Source: Jimgerdemannia flammicorona (Eukaryota). From it: a stretch of 37,760 nt of DNA. How positions within the stretch are numbered: the stretch's first letter is position 1; each line of letters starts with the position of its first letter. This document shows, piece by piece, positions 36,870-37,760 of this stretch. Below the pieces are notes generated by a model. That model saw only the letters and a list, made by a program, of their open reading frames with translations, made no database searches and was not told the origin of the DNA. The translations under genes were made by a program, and so were the position numbers. The stretch is taken from NCBI GenBank assembly GCA_003990765.1, contig RBNJ01000181.1, forward strand, positions 1 through 37,760. The letters are read 5' to 3'.

Positions 36870-37760
36870 TGAAACTCTATTCACCGAACTTCTTGTACTA
36901 CACCCAGCAAGTCAAGATGAAGAAGGTCTTATTGAAGCCTTCTTTACTCTTCTCAATAAGAGTTTTGTCAGCTCCACAAATCTGAGTGACCTAGGACAAC
37001 CAGCAGCAGTCTTTCTAGCCTTAGTTCCTCATGAAGCCCAAGCCTCTGTAGCCAAGTGGCTCAACTCTACTGACTTTCACCACACCAGGACCAAGACTGC
37101 CTTATACTACCGATTCCAGAACAGCAAGGCCCACCATATCCTCAAAGAAGAAGCAAGAGAAACCCTTCACCAACTATCTGACCCCGAACCTGAAGTAGGC
37201 CCTACTATGGCCCTACCTGAATCTGAAACCAATACCAAACCTGAACTTGACTTTGAATTAAGTCCATCTGAAATCAGATATACAACTGATTCTGTCTACT
37301 TTGACGCCGAGCAAACCCAATTATATAGGGACCAAACTGAAGAAGAGGAGGAGTATCTCAGTGAATTCGATCCCAGACATACCACTGAAGGAGAAGTACC
37401 TCCATCAGGACAGAATACACCTATACACAACAAACAGTTATCTATCAAGCCCTTACTCCAGATCCACAACTACTACTCCAGCAACTTACACAGACCCAAA
37501 GAACCCCATCACACTCTGCACCAGTACCTCAAGTAGTATCAGTAATACTACTACCAGCAGTCCAACTGTCTCCAGTAAACAACATGGTGAACCAACAGAT
37601 TCTAGACCTCATAGCCCAAGTAGCTATAATGGCAGCAACCATTACTGCCTTAGCTGAACAGACCCAACCTACCAAAAATCTGAGCCTACCTACCTTCAAT
37701 GGTACTGCACAAGAAGTCCAAAGCTTCATTAGTATAGTTGACACCAACTTCGAAGCCAAT
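36870..37760 (+). pseudogene. gag: Degenerate gag region of element D (start approximate)
   Basis: Located downstream of the primer-binding site; C/A-rich coding-like sequence with stops; P-x-F-x-G...FI capsid-type motif at the window end. Confidence 0.55.

Larger units (their letters stand above)
34561..37760 (+). mobile_element. Ty3/Gypsy-like LTR retrotransposon D, 5' part: LTR 34561-36622, primer-binding site, degenerate gag running off the window end
   Basis: LTR ends are the perfect inverted pair TGTAAG...CTTACA; GTATAAATACCCCC at ~36136; TGGTAGCAG 3 nt after the LTR; gag capsid-like KNLSLPTFNGTAQEVQSFISIVDTNFEAN at ~37674-37760. pol is outside the window, so the superfamily call rests on the gag motif. 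Confidence 0.82.

Noticed and set aside
1..37760. tRNA, rRNA or other structured RNA genes; a gasdermin partner for the CHAT protease
   Set aside because: None recognisable by eye; tRNAscan/Infernal and HMM searches would be needed to exclude them.

Overview
Eukaryotic DNA with spliceosomal introns, most likely fungal; an early-diverging Mucoromycota-type fungus is my inference from protein and element style, not something proven. The window has three zones. (1) 38-7202: an intact 8-exon UBR1-type N-recognin E3 ligase gene (~2091 aa). (2) 7.2-15.5 kb: intergenic DNA with a small MITE, then a disabled NLR-like gene (CHAT caspase-like protease plus two NB-ARC/STAND NTPase modules) cut off by an insertion. 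(3) 15.5-37.76 kb: a nested, heavily C>T/G>A-mutated transposon cluster. It holds two L1/Tx1-like LINE copies, a 6-kb hAT transposon, a foldback palindrome, three unusually long LTR-like units (two with both ends and target-site duplications, TSDs; one interrupted) and the 5' end of a Ty3/Gypsy-like element (2.06-kb LTR, primer-binding site, gag). The main finding is that all four long LTRs, from three families with no evident DNA similarity, carry a homologous ~270-360 codon ORF inside the LTR, upstream of a shared GTATAAATA-CCC box. This looks like an LTR (U3)-encoded accessory gene family of unknown function that persists in solo LTRs.
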